From positions 6,109 through 53,305 of the forward strand of contig CAYXFZ010000003.1 of assembly GCA_964464385.1 (NCBI GenBank): 47,197 bases of DNA, read 5' to 3'. The DNA comes from an uncultured Planctomycetales bacterium (GTDB lineage Bacteria; Planctomycetota; UBA1135). The notes under the pieces were generated by a model. The model was not told the DNA's origin, ran no database searches, and was given only the letters and a program-made list of their open reading frames with translations. Shown here one piece after another: positions 25,594 to 36,329 of the stretch (positions within the stretch are counted from its first letter, which is position 1; the number at the start of each line of letters is the position of its first letter). The position numbers and the translations under genes are program-made.

Positions 25594-27422
25594 CCCTTGC
25601 CTCCTTCCAATTCGTCCAGGCTGGCGAGGGCAATCTTGGCAAGCTCGTCGGGGGCATCCGCTGCGGTTTCCTGGCGCACCGCCATGGAGCCGTCCTCACC
25701 CTTGCGAATCACCACGTGAACTTTTTGCCACGCTTCCTGCTCGCCAGGAAAGTCGGCACGAGTATGGGCACCGCGACTTTCTTCGCGGACTAGGGCGGCT
25801 CGGGCCACGGCCTCGGCAGTCAAGAAGAGCGGGCCCAAGGAGATGGCTTCGTGCCAGCCGGGGTTGTACTGCGAGGATCCGTGTGCTTTGGCCGATTCCG
25901 CCTGCATCTTGAGCGCCCGGATGCTGGCCAGGGCGGCCTCGAGGCCCTCCTTGTCCCGCACGATGTTGACCCCGTCGTTGAGGATGGCTTGCAGCTCCTC
26001 ATGCACGATGTAGGGATTGGGCCCGTCCTCGCGGTTGAGGGAGGCCGTGGCTTCGCGGATTGCGGCGTCAATGGCATCCGGGTCGGCCTTAGGTTCGGCG
26101 TCGAGTCCGGCAAGGTATTCCGCCGCGGCTTTGCCCGAAAGCATTCCAAAAACCAGGAGATCGGATAGGGAGTTGCCGCCCAGCCGATTGGCCCCGTGCA
26201 TGCCGCCCGAGCACTCGCCGCAGGCGAACAACCCGGAAACCTTGGTCATTTGGGTCTCGGAATCCACCCGGATTCCACCCATGAAGTAGTGCAGAGTAGG
26301 CCCCACCTCCATTGGCTCCTTGGTGATGTCCACCTCGGCCAACTCCTTGAACTGGTGGTACATGGAGGGGAGCTTTTTCTGGATGACCTCAGCCGGGCGG
26401 CGGCTGGCGATGTCCAGGAAGACGCCACCGTGGGGAGAGCCCCGTCCCTCTTGCACCTCTTTCGTGATGGCCCGGGCGACCACATCCCGGGTCAGCAACT
26501 CGGGCGGTCGCCGGGCCTCCTTGTCGCCGTTCAGCCAGCGCTCGGCCTCCTCTTCGGTGTCGGCAGTTTCGGCGGCGAAGCGTTTGGGGATGTACTCGAA
26601 CATGAAGCGTTTACCTTCGCTGTTGAGCAGGATGCCGCCGTCTCCCCTCACTCCCTCGGTGACCAGGATGCCGCGAACCGAGGGCGGCCAGACCATGCCC
26701 GTGGGATGGAATTGGGTGAACTCCATGTTCACCAGTTCGGCTCCTGCCTCATAAGCAAGATCAAAGCCATCCCCAGTGTACTCCCATGAATTTGAGGTGA
26801 TGCGCCAGGCCTTGCCGCCACCACCCGTCGCCAGGATGACCGCCTTGCATTCGAAGAGAATGAAGCGGCCGGTCTCCCGCCAATAGGCGAGAACGCCCGA
26901 AACCCGATCCCCGTCCATCAGAATGCGAAGCGCCGTGCACTCCATATGAACCTGCAATCCTTGGTGGATGGCGTGGTCTTGCAGGGTGCGGATCATTTCT
27001 AGGCCAGTGCGGTCGCCGACGTGGGCCAGCCGTGGGTAGCGGTGGCCGCCAAAATTTCGTTGACCAATCAAGCCCTCCTTGGTGCGATCGAAAACGGCCC
27101 CCCATTTTTCCAGCAGGCGAACTTCGTCCGGGGCGTGCCGGGCGTGGAGTTCGGCCATTTTCCACTGGTTCAAAAACTTGCCACCACGCATGGTGTCCCG
27201 AAAGTGCACCTTCCAGTTGTCCCGAGGGTCCGCGTTGCCCAGTGCGGCGGCGCATCCGCCCTCAGCCATCACCGTATGAGCCTTTCCTAGCAAGGACTTG
27301 CACACGAGGCCCGTGTTGAGGCCTTGTTCCGCGCACTCAATCGCGGCCCGCAGGCCGGCGCCACCGGCGCCGATGACGACGACGTCATGGCGAATGCGCT
27401 GGATGTCGGAGCTGAGATTCAT
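25590..27422 (-). CDS. sdhA: Succinate dehydrogenase/fumarate reductase flavoprotein subunit
   Basis: HDVVVIGAGGAGLRAA, FHPTGM, ESRGAHTRADFP. Trimmed to ATG 27422 (MNLSSD...), giving an ATGA overlap with the sdhC stop. Confidence 0.95.
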   Translation of the reverse strand: MNLSSDIQRIRHDVVVIGAGGAGLRAAIECAEQGLNTGLVCKSLLGKAHTVMAEGGCAAALGNADPRDNWKVHFRDTMRGGKFLNQWKMAELHARHAPDEVRLLEKWGAVFDRTKEGLIGQRNFGGHRYPRLAHVGDRTGLEMIRTLQDHAIHQGLQVHMECTALRILMDGDRVSGVLAYWRETGRFILFECKAVILATGGGGKAWRITSNSWEYTGDGFDLAYEAGAELVNMEFTQFHPTGMVWPPSVRGILVTEGVRGDGGILLNSEGKRFMFEYIPKRFAAETADTEEEAERWLNGDKEARRPPELLTRDVVARAITKEVQEGRGSPHGGVFLDIASRRPAEVIQKKLPSMYHQFKELAEVDITKEPMEVGPTLHYFMGGIRVDSETQMTKVSGLFACGECSGGMHGANRLGGNSLSDLLVFGMLSGKAAAEYLAGLDAEPKADPDAIDAAIREATASLNREDGPNPYIVHEELQAILNDGVNIVRDKEGLEAALASIRALKMQAESAKAHGSSQYNPGWHEAISLGPLFLTAEAVARAALVREESRGAHTRADFPGEQEAWQKVHVVIRKGEDGSMAVRQETAADAPDELAKIALASLDELEGGKG

Positions 27423-28255
27423 CCCCATGTGTTCCAATCGGTCCAATTGCCCATGCTCACCATGCGCACGTAGAAGTCGGTAAATCCCACCCAGACCAAA
27501 CTGATCCAGGCCCAGCGCATGTGATGTTGGTTGAGGCGGCTGGCGCCCTTCCAGCCCTGCAGGCTGGTGCCCGCCACTGCGTCACAGGAGAAGCAGTTCA
27601 GACGGCCACCAATGAGGTGGCGGAAGGAATGGCAGCCCAAGGTGTAAAAAGACAACAGAATGGGGTTGAGTAGCAGAACCACACTTCCCACCCCGACCCC
27701 GAATTTGCCGTCTTGGAAGAACGCATGCCAAGCGTCATAGAAGAGGACGCCGACGTAGGCAATAGCGATGTAAAGGGTGTAACGATGAAGGTTTTGGAAC
27801 AGGAACAGGGCGGTTTCTCCCTTGTACTTTCCCTTGCGCGAGCCCTGAACACCACATCCGGGGGGAGAGGTGAAATAGGCTCGATAGTAGAATTTGCGAT
27901 AGTAGTAGCAGGTCCCGCGGAAGGCCAATGGGCCGGCCAGGATCAGAAAGGCGGGGGAGATGGGAAGCCAGCTTGGCCAGATGGCCCGCAGAGAATCCGG
28001 CCAGGCTCCAAACCAAGCGTGTTGCATCGGCGGGGATCCGGTCGCTGAAGCATCGATAAAGAGCAAGGGGGAATAGAAAGGCGACAGATAGCTTTCGGCC
28101 CAATAGTGAGCACCCTGAAAGGCGGCCCAGCTCGAATAGACCACGAAAGCGGCAAAACCCAGCCCGGTCCAAAGGGGCTCGATCCACCACCGATCCTTCC
28201 GGTGCGTGGCTAAGAAACTCTCCTGGTGGCCCCCAGAGGGCGCGGTGGTTTTCAT
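27419..28255 (-). CDS. sdhC: Succinate dehydrogenase cytochrome b subunit (single large b558-type anchor)
   Basis: 278-aa polytopic protein directly upstream of sdhA-sdhB in the C-A-B order. Conserved His in predicted helices. Call rests mainly on context plus hydrophobicity. Confidence 0.8.
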   Translation of the reverse strand: MKTTAPSGGHQESFLATHRKDRWWIEPLWTGLGFAAFVVYSSWAAFQGAHYWAESYLSPFYSPLLFIDASATGSPPMQHAWFGAWPDSLRAIWPSWLPISPAFLILAGPLAFRGTCYYYRKFYYRAYFTSPPGCGVQGSRKGKYKGETALFLFQNLHRYTLYIAIAYVGVLFYDAWHAFFQDGKFGVGVGSVVLLLNPILLSFYTLGCHSFRHLIGGRLNCFSCDAVAGTSLQGWKGASRLNQHHMRWAWISLVWVGFTDFYVRMVSMGNWTDWNTWG

Positions 28256-28461
28256 CTGTTCAGGGGGCCAGGGACGACCCCGAAACGACGGGAGGATAAC
28301 TTAATGACCGCACCTTGCAATCCCCCGGTCTGGGCCCAATTAGGGGCAGTTACTGCCATTTTCTTGCCCATCCCGGCCGTCGCGTCCTTAAACTTTCGCG
28401 TCCGGTCTCAGCAAGGTACCCCAAGTTGCAAAACGGCTAGGCTTCGAATCCCTCTGCGCTC
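28256..28461. promoter_or_regulatory. Divergent sdhC / actA control region
   Basis: One of only two non-coding gaps over 200 bp in the window, lying between two head-to-head respiratory operons. Contains the perfect inverted repeat GGCAG-TTA-CTGCC (28445-28457 minus 100, i.e. 28345-28357) and two TTGCAA hexamers (28315, 28426). No promoter consensus could be assigned. Confidence 0.4.
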
Positions 28462-29193
28462 ATGAGTGCTTACGAATTCCCCCCATGGACGGATCGGGTG
28501 CGCCCGATCCTCGGCGTAACGGTTTTTGCCGCGCCGATCTATGTCATCGGGCTGATTTGGTATGCCTGGTCTCCCGAGACCATCAATGTGGGCTACCAGC
28601 CGGAGCAACCCATTCCTTACAGCCATGCCGTGCATGCCGGCGAGTTGGGATTGGATTGCCGGTATTGCCACACGACCGTGGAAAATTCCGCCTTTGCCGC
28701 AATTCCGCCCACGGAGACTTGTTTGAACTGTCACAATCCCGAAGACGGCAAGGCCGGAGTTCACAAGCAAAGCCCCAAGCTGAAGGCTTTGCATGAGAGT
28801 GTCGCCACTGGCGAGCCCATCCCTTGGGTCAAAGTACACGATTTGCCGGACTATGTGTTTTTCAACCATTCCATTCACGTGACTTCCGGCGTTTCTTGCG
28901 TGGAGTGCCACGGTCGCGTGGACCAAATGGAAACAGTTCGCACCGTGAAATCCATGGCGATGGGTTTTTGTTTGGATTGCCACCGGGATCCCGATCCTCA
29001 TCTTCGCCCTGCCGACAAGGTCACCAACTTGGCCTGGAACCCCAACGATGCCGAGTTGCGCGCCATGCTGGATCTGAGCGAGGGCGAAGCTCGTCGCTTT
29101 GATCATGAGGGTCTGCGGCGTGAATTGGGTTCCCGCTTGCGGGCCGCCCACGACATCAACCCCAAGGACGACTGCTCCACGTGCCACCGATGA
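28462..29193 (+). CDS. actA: Alternative complex III subunit ActA (pentahaem cytochrome c)
   Basis: N-terminal TM helix and five CxxCH sites: CRYCH, CLNCH, CVECH, CLDCH, CSTCH. Confidence 0.9.
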   Translation: MSAYEFPPWTDRVRPILGVTVFAAPIYVIGLIWYAWSPETINVGYQPEQPIPYSHAVHAGELGLDCRYCHTTVENSAFAAIPPTETCLNCHNPEDGKAGVHKQSPKLKALHESVATGEPIPWVKVHDLPDYVFFNHSIHVTSGVSCVECHGRVDQMETVRTVKSMAMGFCLDCHRDPDPHLRPADKVTNLAWNPNDAELRAMLDLSEGEARRFDHEGLRRELGSRLRAAHDINPKDDCSTCHR

Positions 29194-32100
29194 AGGTCGA
29201 AGAAAGCAACACAGAGGCGCAAAACGGCGCCCCCAAGGTCTGGCGCAGCGTCGAGGAGTTGCTGGGCGACCCCGCCATCCTTGTCCACAAGGAGAACGAA
29301 TTCCCCGCGGGTCCAGAAGAAAACTGGACTACAGCTTCCCGCCGTCGCTTTTTGCAATTGGCCGGAGCTTCGGCCGCCTTGGCTGGTGCATCGAGTTGTT
29401 CCTGGCAAAAGGAACACATCATGCCCTTCGATTCGCGCCCCGAGGGGCGCCTCCCGGGCAAGCCCCGTTTCTTTGCCACGGCCATGCCCCTGAACGGATG
29501 GATGCGGCCACTGGTTGCCACCAGTTACGACGGTCGCCCAACTAAAATTGAAGGCAACGACCAGCATCCCGCCAGTGGGGGTGCCACCGATCACTGGTCT
29601 CAAGCCGGCACCCTGGAGTTGTACGATCCGGACCGAAGCCGTGGACCTGCCCAAGGCTTCTTTTCATTGACGGAAGGGGTAAAGCATGGCGATGTGACTT
29701 GGGGGGCCTTTGAGGGCTCGATGGGCCCTTCCTTTGAGAAGTTCAGGGCCTCCGGGGGCAAGGGCTTGGCGGTGCTTTCCCAGTTTTCTACTTCGCCAAC
29801 TTTGACCCGACTGAAAGAGCACTTTGCCAAGGTCTTTCCCAAGGCGACCTGGGATTCTTACGAGCCGCTCTCCCGCTCAAACGAAGAGCAGGGCTGTTCG
29901 ATGGCCTTTGGCAAAGCACTGCGTCCGGTGTATCACTTGGGCCAAGCCCGCTTGGTTTTTTCTCTGGACGAAGATCTGTTTTTGGGTCACCCGGATGCCG
30001 TCGTTCACCAACAAGAGTGGGCCCGGGGCCGCCGCCCGGAAGACGGCGACATGAGTCGTTGCTGGGCGGTCGAAACACGCTTTACAAACTTCGGCGCCAA
30101 CGCCGACCACCGCCTGCCTTTGCGCTCTTCGCGCATGGGGGCTTTCCTGGCCGCATTGGAGGTCGAACTCGTTGCCCATCATGGTCTGAAGGTGCCCGGC
30201 GGTGCCGCCGAAACTCCGGCGGACGCATTCTTGAAGGACGAGGAAACTGCCGCTTTCTTGAAGGCCCTGGCCAAGGATTTGGCTGACCAGCGTGGCAAGG
30301 GTCTGTTGGCCGTGGGTCCGCACCAACCCGCCGAATTGCACGCCCGGGCCCAACGCCTCAATGTCCTGCTCGGCAATGTTGGCAAAACGGTTTCGTACTT
30401 GTCCGGCACCGGCGATGACCCGGTCGCTGCCCTAGCTCGCCTCTATGGGCGGATGAGCCGTGGTGATGTCAACACGATTGTGGTCCTGGGCGGAAACCCC
30501 GTGTATGACGCGCCCGGCTTTGCAGCCGCCTACGCCGCCGTCAATCAGCGCATCCATCTGGGCCTTTACCGCAATGAGACTTCCTTGGCCTCGACCTTTC
30601 ATCTGCCGCAAGCCCACTGGCTGGAGTCTTGGGGGGACGGCCTGTCTTGGAATGGTCGAATTACTCTGCAACAACCCTTGATTGACCCGATTTGGGGTGG
30701 CCGCAGCGCGGAAGAAATGACCGCGTGGATGAGCACGGGCACTTGGCAAAGCGGCCGTGAGTTGTTGGCTTCAACCTTCGGGTCCGGCGATATGCGCTCC
30801 GCTTTGCACCTTGGTTTTTTGAAGGCCGCCACGTCACTTTCCGTAAAACCCAATGCCAGCTCCTTGCGGGCTCTTCCTGCTGTCGCACCGACTGCGTTGC
30901 ACAACAGTTTCGAGGTGCACTTCGCCGCCGACTACGCAACCTGGGACGGGCGCTTTGCCAATAGCGGATGGCTGCAAGAATTGCCCGACCCGATGACCAC
31001 CCTGACTTGGGACAACGCCGCTCTGATCAGTTTTGCCTCCGCCGAAGAGAATGGTTTGGTCAACGGCTCCGTCGTGGAAATCACCCTGGACGGGCAACAA
31101 ATCACCATTCCGGTCTATCTCATGCCGGGGCATGCCGATGGTTGCCTGACTTTGTCCTTGGGCTACGGCCGCACGGCCGCAGGTCGCGTTGCCGGTATTG
31201 CCGACGACATGCGCGGCCCCGACATCGAATCCGTTGGCGTGGATGTGAATCCTCTACGTTCCTTGCAGAGTTTCGATCTTGCCGCCGGAGCCACTTTGGT
31301 TGCCACCGGTAAAGTGGCCAAACTGGCCACGACGCAGAATCACTACGCGATTGATGCGATCGGCCAAGAAGGCAAACAGAGCCGCTTGGGCGACCTCTAC
31401 CGCGAAGCAGACTTGTCGGAATGGGAGGACCACCCCGATTTTGCTCAGCACCGGGTCCATCACCCGCCGCTGGAGTCCCTCTGGGAGGAGCGCGCTTACG
31501 AAAATGTCTCCAAGTGGGGGATGTCCATCGATCTGGCCTCCTGCACCGGTTGTGGTGGTTGCACCATTGCTTGCCAGTCCGAGAACAACATCTCGGTGGT
31601 GGGCAAAGAGCAGGTGCTCAAGGGTCGCGAAATGCATTGGATTCGCATCGACCGTTACTTCGCGGGCGATCCGGCCGATCCCGCAGTCTTGCAACAACCT
31701 CTGACTTGTCAACATTGCGAGCTGGCTCCTTGCGAGCAGGTTTGCCCCGTAGGTGCAACCATGCACAGCGAAGAGGGGCTGAACGACATGGCATACAACC
31801 GCTGCGTGGGCACTCGCTACTGCGCCAACAACTGTCCCTACAAGGTTCGCCGCTTCAACTTTCACAAATACAGCGAGGGCTTCGAGGATCCCGGCAATGA
31901 GGTCATGCAATTGGCCAACAACCCCGAGGTCACGGTGCGTTCTCGGGGCATCATGGAGAAGTGCACCTTTTGTGTGCAGCGCATTCGCACCAGCCGCCTG
32001 GAGGCCGAAGTGGATGGCCGCGAACTGAAAGACGGCGACATCACTCCCGCTTGCGCCCAGGCATGTCCGACCCACGCCATTGAGTTTGGCGATCTCAATG

Positions 32101-32270
32101 ACGGCTCTAGTCGAGTGCGAACCGCGTTCGACAACCCACGGGCTTACGAAATGCTCGCGGAGTTGAACAACAAGACTCGTACCCGCTACTTGGCCCGAGT
32201 CCGGAATCCGCATCCTGATTTGATTCCTCGCCAAGACGCCGAGCCGCACGCGAAAGTTTTCCATGGCTGA
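29190..32270 (+). CDS. actB: Alternative complex III subunit ActB (molybdopterin-oxidoreductase-like domain fused to a 4Fe-4S domain)
   Basis: Tat motif [10 protein letters not shown]. Large CISM-like domain. C-terminal ferredoxin clusters [44 protein letters not shown] and CAQACP. ATG 29190 overlaps the actA stop (ATGA). Confidence 0.95.
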   Translation: MKVEESNTEAQNGAPKVWRSVEELLGDPAILVHKENEFPAGPEENWTTASRRRFLQLAGASAALAGASSCSWQKEHIMPFDSRPEGRLPGKPRFFATAMPLNGWMRPLVATSYDGRPTKIEGNDQHPASGGATDHWSQAGTLELYDPDRSRGPAQGFFSLTEGVKHGDVTWGAFEGSMGPSFEKFRASGGKGLAVLSQFSTSPTLTRLKEHFAKVFPKATWDSYEPLSRSNEEQGCSMAFGKALRPVYHLGQARLVFSLDEDLFLGHPDAVVHQQEWARGRRPEDGDMSRCWAVETRFTNFGANADHRLPLRSSRMGAFLAALEVELVAHHGLKVPGGAAETPADAFLKDEETAAFLKALAKDLADQRGKGLLAVGPHQPAELHARAQRLNVLLGNVGKTVSYLSGTGDDPVAALARLYGRMSRGDVNTIVVLGGNPVYDAPGFAAAYAAVNQRIHLGLYRNETSLASTFHLPQAHWLESWGDGLSWNGRITLQQPLIDPIWGGRSAEEMTAWMSTGTWQSGRELLASTFGSGDMRSALHLGFLKAATSLSVKPNASSLRALPAVAPTALHNSFEVHFAADYATWDGRFANSGWLQELPDPMTTLTWDNAALISFASAEENGLVNGSVVEITLDGQQITIPVYLMPGHADGCLTLSLGYGRTAAGRVAGIADDMRGPDIESVGVDVNPLRSLQSFDLAAGATLVATGKVAKLATTQNHYAIDAIGQEGKQSRLGDLYREADLSEWEDHPDFAQHRVHHPPLESLWEERAYENVSKWGMSIDLASCTGCGGCTIACQSENNISVVGKEQVLKGREMHWIRIDRYFAGDPADPAVLQQPLTCQHCELAPCEQVCPVGATMHSEEGLNDMAYNRCVGTRYCANNCPYKVRRFNFHKYSEGFEDPGNEVMQLANNPEVTVRSRGIMEKCTFCVQRIRTSRLEAEVDGRELKDGDITPACAQACPTHAIEFGDLNDGSSRVRTAFDNPRAYEMLAELNNKTRTRYLARVRNPHPDLIPRQDAEPHAKVFHG

Positions 32271-33660
32271 TTCAGTTTCTTCGCCAACGCTACCGCACCA
32301 GATCGAGCCTCCGGCTCTCGTTCAAGGCGAACATGATTTCCGTTCCGTAACGGAGGAAGTTGCCGCCATTGCGGAGTTGCCCAAGCCACCCAAAGCCTGG
32401 TACCGCATCTTTGGTGTTGCCGTGGCCCTGCTCACGACCTTGCTGGGTTGCTTGTGTTATCTCTTCTGGGAGGGCATCGGCATTTGGGGCAACAACCAAC
32501 CCGTCGGTTGGGGTTGGCCCATTGTCAACTTCGTGTTCTGGGTCGGGATTGGCCACGCCGGAACCCTGATCTCCGCGGTGTTGTTCCTCTTTCGTCAGAA
32601 ATGGCGAACGGGCATCAACCGATTCTCAGAGGCCATGACCATTTTCGCGGTCGTTTGTGCCGGACTCTTTCCCTTGATTCACGTCGGCCGACCTTGGCTG
32701 GCCTATTGGCTGTTTCCCATTCCCAATCAAATGGACATGTGGCCTCAATTCCGCAGTCCATTGATGTGGGACGTATTCGCGGTCTCAACGTATTTCACGG
32801 TGTCTTTGCTTTTCTGGTACATGGGAATGATTCCCGACCTCGCCACCATTCGAGATCGGGCCAAGACCAACCTGCGGAAGTTCCTTTATGGGTTCTTTTC
32901 CTTGGGGTGGACTGGCTCCAACCGTCACTGGCACCGTTACGAACGCGCTTACTTGCTCTTGGCCGCCCTGGCAACGCCCCTAGTGCTCTCGGTGCACTCG
33001 GTCGTTTCCTTCGACTTTGCCACCGCTCAATTGCCCGGCTGGCACACCACGATTTTCCCGCCGTACTTCGTAGCCGGTGCCATTTTCTCCGGCTTTGCCA
33101 TGGTGATTACCTTGGCGGTTCCGGCGCGCGCCATATTCGGGTTGAAGAACCTGATCACGATGCGCCACCTGGAGAACATGAACAAAGTCATCATGACCAC
33201 CGGCATGATGGTGGGTTATGCCTACGCAATGGAGTTCTTCATTGCTTGGTATTCGGGCAACCAATACGAAGGCTTCGTCTTCATCAACCGAGCCATGGGC
33301 AACTACGCTTGGGCTTACTGGATCATGGTTACCTGCAACGTGCTGATCCCCCAGCTTTATTGGGTGCGCAAGTTCCGCCGCAACATCATCCTGATGTTTG
33401 TCGTTTCGATTTTCGTCAACATCGGCATGTGGTTTGAGCGGTTCGTGATCACGGTCACTTCGCTCAGCCGCGATTTCCTGCCCAGTTCCTGGCACTACTT
33501 CACGCCGACGCCCTTCGACATCCTCACCTTGGCCGGTAGTTTCGGCCTCTTCTTCACCTTGTTCCTGTTGTTCTGCCGCTTCTTGCCGATGGTCGCGATC
33601 GCTGAAATTAAAGGCATCTTGCCGCAGGCCGAGGCACACGGGCATGAGGAGGAGCATTGA
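32263..33660 (+). CDS. actC: Alternative complex III subunit ActC (NrfD/PsrC-like quinol-interacting membrane subunit)
   Basis: 465-aa polytopic NrfD-like protein. Overlaps the actB stop by 8 nt. Confidence 0.9.
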   Translation: MADSVSSPTLPHQIEPPALVQGEHDFRSVTEEVAAIAELPKPPKAWYRIFGVAVALLTTLLGCLCYLFWEGIGIWGNNQPVGWGWPIVNFVFWVGIGHAGTLISAVLFLFRQKWRTGINRFSEAMTIFAVVCAGLFPLIHVGRPWLAYWLFPIPNQMDMWPQFRSPLMWDVFAVSTYFTVSLLFWYMGMIPDLATIRDRAKTNLRKFLYGFFSLGWTGSNRHWHRYERAYLLLAALATPLVLSVHSVVSFDFATAQLPGWHTTIFPPYFVAGAIFSGFAMVITLAVPARAIFGLKNLITMRHLENMNKVIMTTGMMVGYAYAMEFFIAWYSGNQYEGFVFINRAMGNYAWAYWIMVTCNVLIPQLYWVRKFRRNIILMFVVSIFVNIGMWFERFVITVTSLSRDFLPSSWHYFTPTPFDILTLAGSFGLFFTLFLLFCRFLPMVAIAEIKGILPQAEAHGHEEEH

Positions 33661-33661
33661 G

Positions 33662-34846
33662 ATGAGCCACACCGACCCCAAACTGCACGGTGTCCTCGCC
33701 GAATTTGAGGACGTCGGCTCCCTCATGGCAGCCTCGCGCCAAGTGCGCGATTTTGGCTACACAAAATGGGACGCTCACACACCCTTCCCTGTGCACGGCC
33801 TGGACGAGGCCATGGGCGTGAAGCCCACCCGCTTACCTTGGTTGGTTCTGATTTGTGGCGCAACCGGTCTCTGCATTGGCTTTTTGTTGCAGTGGTGGAC
33901 CAATGCCGTGGACTACCCATTCCGGATTTCCGGCAAGCCGTTTTTCTCCTTGGGTCCGGCCACGCCCATCATGTTCGAACTGACCATTTTGCTCAGTTCC
34001 TTCGCCGCATTCTTTGGCATGTTGATCATCAATGGCATGCCCCGCTGGTATTCGCCCCTGTTTTCAATCGCCCGCTTCAAGCGTGCCACCGACGATCGCT
34101 TTTTCATTGCCATTGAGGCCAAAGACCCTTCCTTTGAGGAAAGCCGTACGACCGAGTTTCTTGCCGGACTCGGTGCGAGCGCCGTGGAAAGAGTGCCCAT
34201 TCCCGAGGGTCGCCAGGTTTCCCCCCAATGGTTGCGCACAAGTGCCTGGATCGGCCTGGGCTTGCTGTCCTTGCCCCCAGTCTTGGCCATTGAGGCGCGT
34301 TACTCGGTGGATTCCGAGCCGCCGATTCACATTGTGCCCAATATGGACTGGCAGCCCATGGTGAAGGCTCAGTCCGAGTTTCGCTTGGAGGGTAGCCCGA
34401 TTTTCTCCACGGGTCGAAGTATGCGTCCGGATCCTGAAGGTGTGGTGGCCCGCGGCGAGGAGGCTGCTGGCACACCCTTCCTGACCGGCAAGGACGCGAG
34501 CGGGGCTTGGTTGAGCGGCATCCCCGCCGACAAGGACGCCGCCCTCATGGAACGGGGCCAGGAACGCTTTGGTATTTTCTGTTCCGCCTGCCACGGGCAA
34601 TCCGGCAAGGGTGACGGTCTCGTCCACCAACGTGCCACCGAGCTGGCGGGAAGTGGGAAATCCATTTGGGTTCAGCCCACCGATCTCATTTCCGAGGCCA
34701 TTGTCGCCAAGCCTCCTGGGGAAATCTTCGGCACCATCACGGACGGGATCCGCAACATGCCTGGCTATCGATCCCAAATCCCCGCGGACGATCGTTGGGC
34801 GATCGTCTTCTACCTCCAAGCGCTGCAACGCGCTCAGCAAAACTGA
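33662..34846 (+). CDS. actDE: Fused ActD (DUF3341-like) and ActE (monohaem cytochrome c) subunit of alternative complex III
   Basis: The N-terminal part, GVLAEFEDVGSLMAASRQVRDFGYTKWDAHTPFPVHGLDEAMG plus two TM helices, is ActD-like. The C-terminal part has CSACH and ...NMPGY, a c-type cytochrome domain. The track start 33644 is trimmed to ATG 33662. Confidence 0.85.
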   Translation: MSHTDPKLHGVLAEFEDVGSLMAASRQVRDFGYTKWDAHTPFPVHGLDEAMGVKPTRLPWLVLICGATGLCIGFLLQWWTNAVDYPFRISGKPFFSLGPATPIMFELTILLSSFAAFFGMLIINGMPRWYSPLFSIARFKRATDDRFFIAIEAKDPSFEESRTTEFLAGLGASAVERVPIPEGRQVSPQWLRTSAWIGLGLLSLPPVLAIEARYSVDSEPPIHIVPNMDWQPMVKAQSEFRLEGSPIFSTGRSMRPDPEGVVARGEEAAGTPFLTGKDASGAWLSGIPADKDAALMERGQERFGIFCSACHGQSGKGDGLVHQRATELAGSGKSIWVQPTDLISEAIVAKPPGEIFGTITDGIRNMPGYRSQIPADDRWAIVFYLQALQRAQQN

Positions 34847-34854
34847 GCCCTGAG

Positions 34855-36096
34855 ATGAGCCACTCCGTTCAACTCGAAGATCGCATCCAAGATGGCCAGG
34901 TGACTGCCAAGGCCGCGAAAATCGGTTTGGCCCTGGCCCTCGTGGGCTTGGGCGGAGCTGCTGCCCTGGGTTCTGCCGAAGGCGATCATTGGCGCCTCTT
35001 TTTCCATGCCTACCTTGCCGCCTTCTCTTGGGCTCTTGCCATTTGCATTGGCGGGCTCATGTTCGTCATCATTCAGCACTTGGTCAACGCTCATTGGAGT
35101 GTGACCGTTCGCCGGATCGCCGAATACACCACCAATGCCATGCCCTGGATGGGGGTTTTGGCCCTGCCCTTCCTCTATCCCATCCTGACCCACCACGGAG
35201 CCGAGGAATTTGGCGGCCTGCTGTGGCCTTGGTTGCACCCTCATGGCGATCACCAAGCCTTGATCGAGCACAAATCGGCGTGGCTCAACCGCGACTTCTT
35301 CTTGATTCGTTTGGTCGCTTACTTTGTCCTCTGGTCGGCCATCGCTAAGTATTTTCTGAAGCGCTCCCTGGAGCAAGACGTTGCCCCCGAGGGTGACTAT
35401 GCACCGACCATGCGGGCCAAAAAAATGTCCGCACCCATGGTCATTGTCATGGCCCTGACTTTGAGTTTTGCTGCCTTCGATTTGCTGATGTCGCTGGCTC
35501 CGGAATGGTTCAGCACCATTTTCGGAGTGTACTTTTTTGCCGGCGGTTTTCGATCCATCATGGCCTGGATTATCATCTGCGCCCTCTTTCTGCGGCGCAA
35601 CCGCGTTGCCGATCGCTCCATTCACGTTGAGCACTATCACGACTTGGGCAAATTTATGTTTGCCTTCATTATATTCTGGGCCTACATTGCATTTTCCCAG
35701 TTCATGCTGATCTGGTACGCGAACATCCCCGAGGAAACCGGTTGGTTCGGCATTCGCCGCACCGAGGCGTGGATGCCGGCCACTTGGTTCCTGGTCTTGG
35801 GCAACTTCTTTATCCCTTTCCTGGGTGTAATTTCCCGCCACGTTAAACGCAACACCAAGTTGCTGGGCTTTTGGGCCTGCTACATGTTGTTCATTGAGTG
35901 GGTGGACATGACTTGGCTGGTCATGCCTCAGTTGGATCACGGTGCTACCTTCTCGGTGGGCATCATCAACATTTTGGCTCTCGTGGGCGTCGCCGGTTTC
36001 TTGATCTTTGCCGTGGCTCGCGCCGCCGGGAATCGACCCCTCGTCCCTCTCCGAGATCCGCTCCTCGCGCAATCTCTCGCCTTCAAAAACTCCTAA
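34855..36096 (+). CDS. actF: Alternative complex III subunit ActF (second NrfD-like membrane subunit)
   Basis: 413-aa polytopic protein after actDE. The track ORF from 34666 is trimmed to ATG 34855 (MSHSVQLED...). Confidence 0.85.
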   Translation: MSHSVQLEDRIQDGQVTAKAAKIGLALALVGLGGAAALGSAEGDHWRLFFHAYLAAFSWALAICIGGLMFVIIQHLVNAHWSVTVRRIAEYTTNAMPWMGVLALPFLYPILTHHGAEEFGGLLWPWLHPHGDHQALIEHKSAWLNRDFFLIRLVAYFVLWSAIAKYFLKRSLEQDVAPEGDYAPTMRAKKMSAPMVIVMALTLSFAAFDLLMSLAPEWFSTIFGVYFFAGGFRSIMAWIIICALFLRRNRVADRSIHVEHYHDLGKFMFAFIIFWAYIAFSQFMLIWYANIPEETGWFGIRRTEAWMPATWFLVLGNFFIPFLGVISRHVKRNTKLLGFWACYMLFIEWVDMTWLVMPQLDHGATFSVGIINILALVGVAGFLIFAVARAAGNRPLVPLRDPLLAQSLAFKNS

Positions 36097-36099
36097 CCC

Positions 36100-36327
36100 A
36101 TGGCCCACCAACCCGACACGCCCCCGGTGCCCTTCGCCTTCGTGCTGACGGCGGTCTGCATCATTGGCACATTGTTTGTGGGCATCCTGGGCTTGGCCGC
36201 TTATCGGGCCGTGACCCTGGATTTGGAAGCCCAACACGCCAAACGACAAGCGCCGCCAGAAAAACCACCCGTCTATGGTCTAGAAGAGGCCAAGGCCAGC
36301 ATCCTCCAGGAGGCGGCTGGCTCCTGA
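36100..36327 (+). CDS. Small single-TM protein of the ACIII/oxidase operon (75 aa)
   Basis: ATG lies 3 nt after the actF stop; its own stop lies 2 nt before the sco ATG. One TM helix, FAFVLTAVCIIGTLFVGILGLAAY, then a charged tail. No family recognised. Confidence 0.55.
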   Translation: MAHQPDTPPVPFAFVLTAVCIIGTLFVGILGLAAYRAVTLDLEAQHAKRQAPPEKPPVYGLEEAKASILQEAAGS

Positions 36328-36329
36328 CC

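Noticed and set aside
28226-28465. 79-aa ORF spanning the sdhC-actA intergenic region.
   Set aside because: It starts inside sdhC on the opposite strand and has a Arg/Pro-rich composition, with no signal peptide or motif. The region is better explained as a divergent promoter region.
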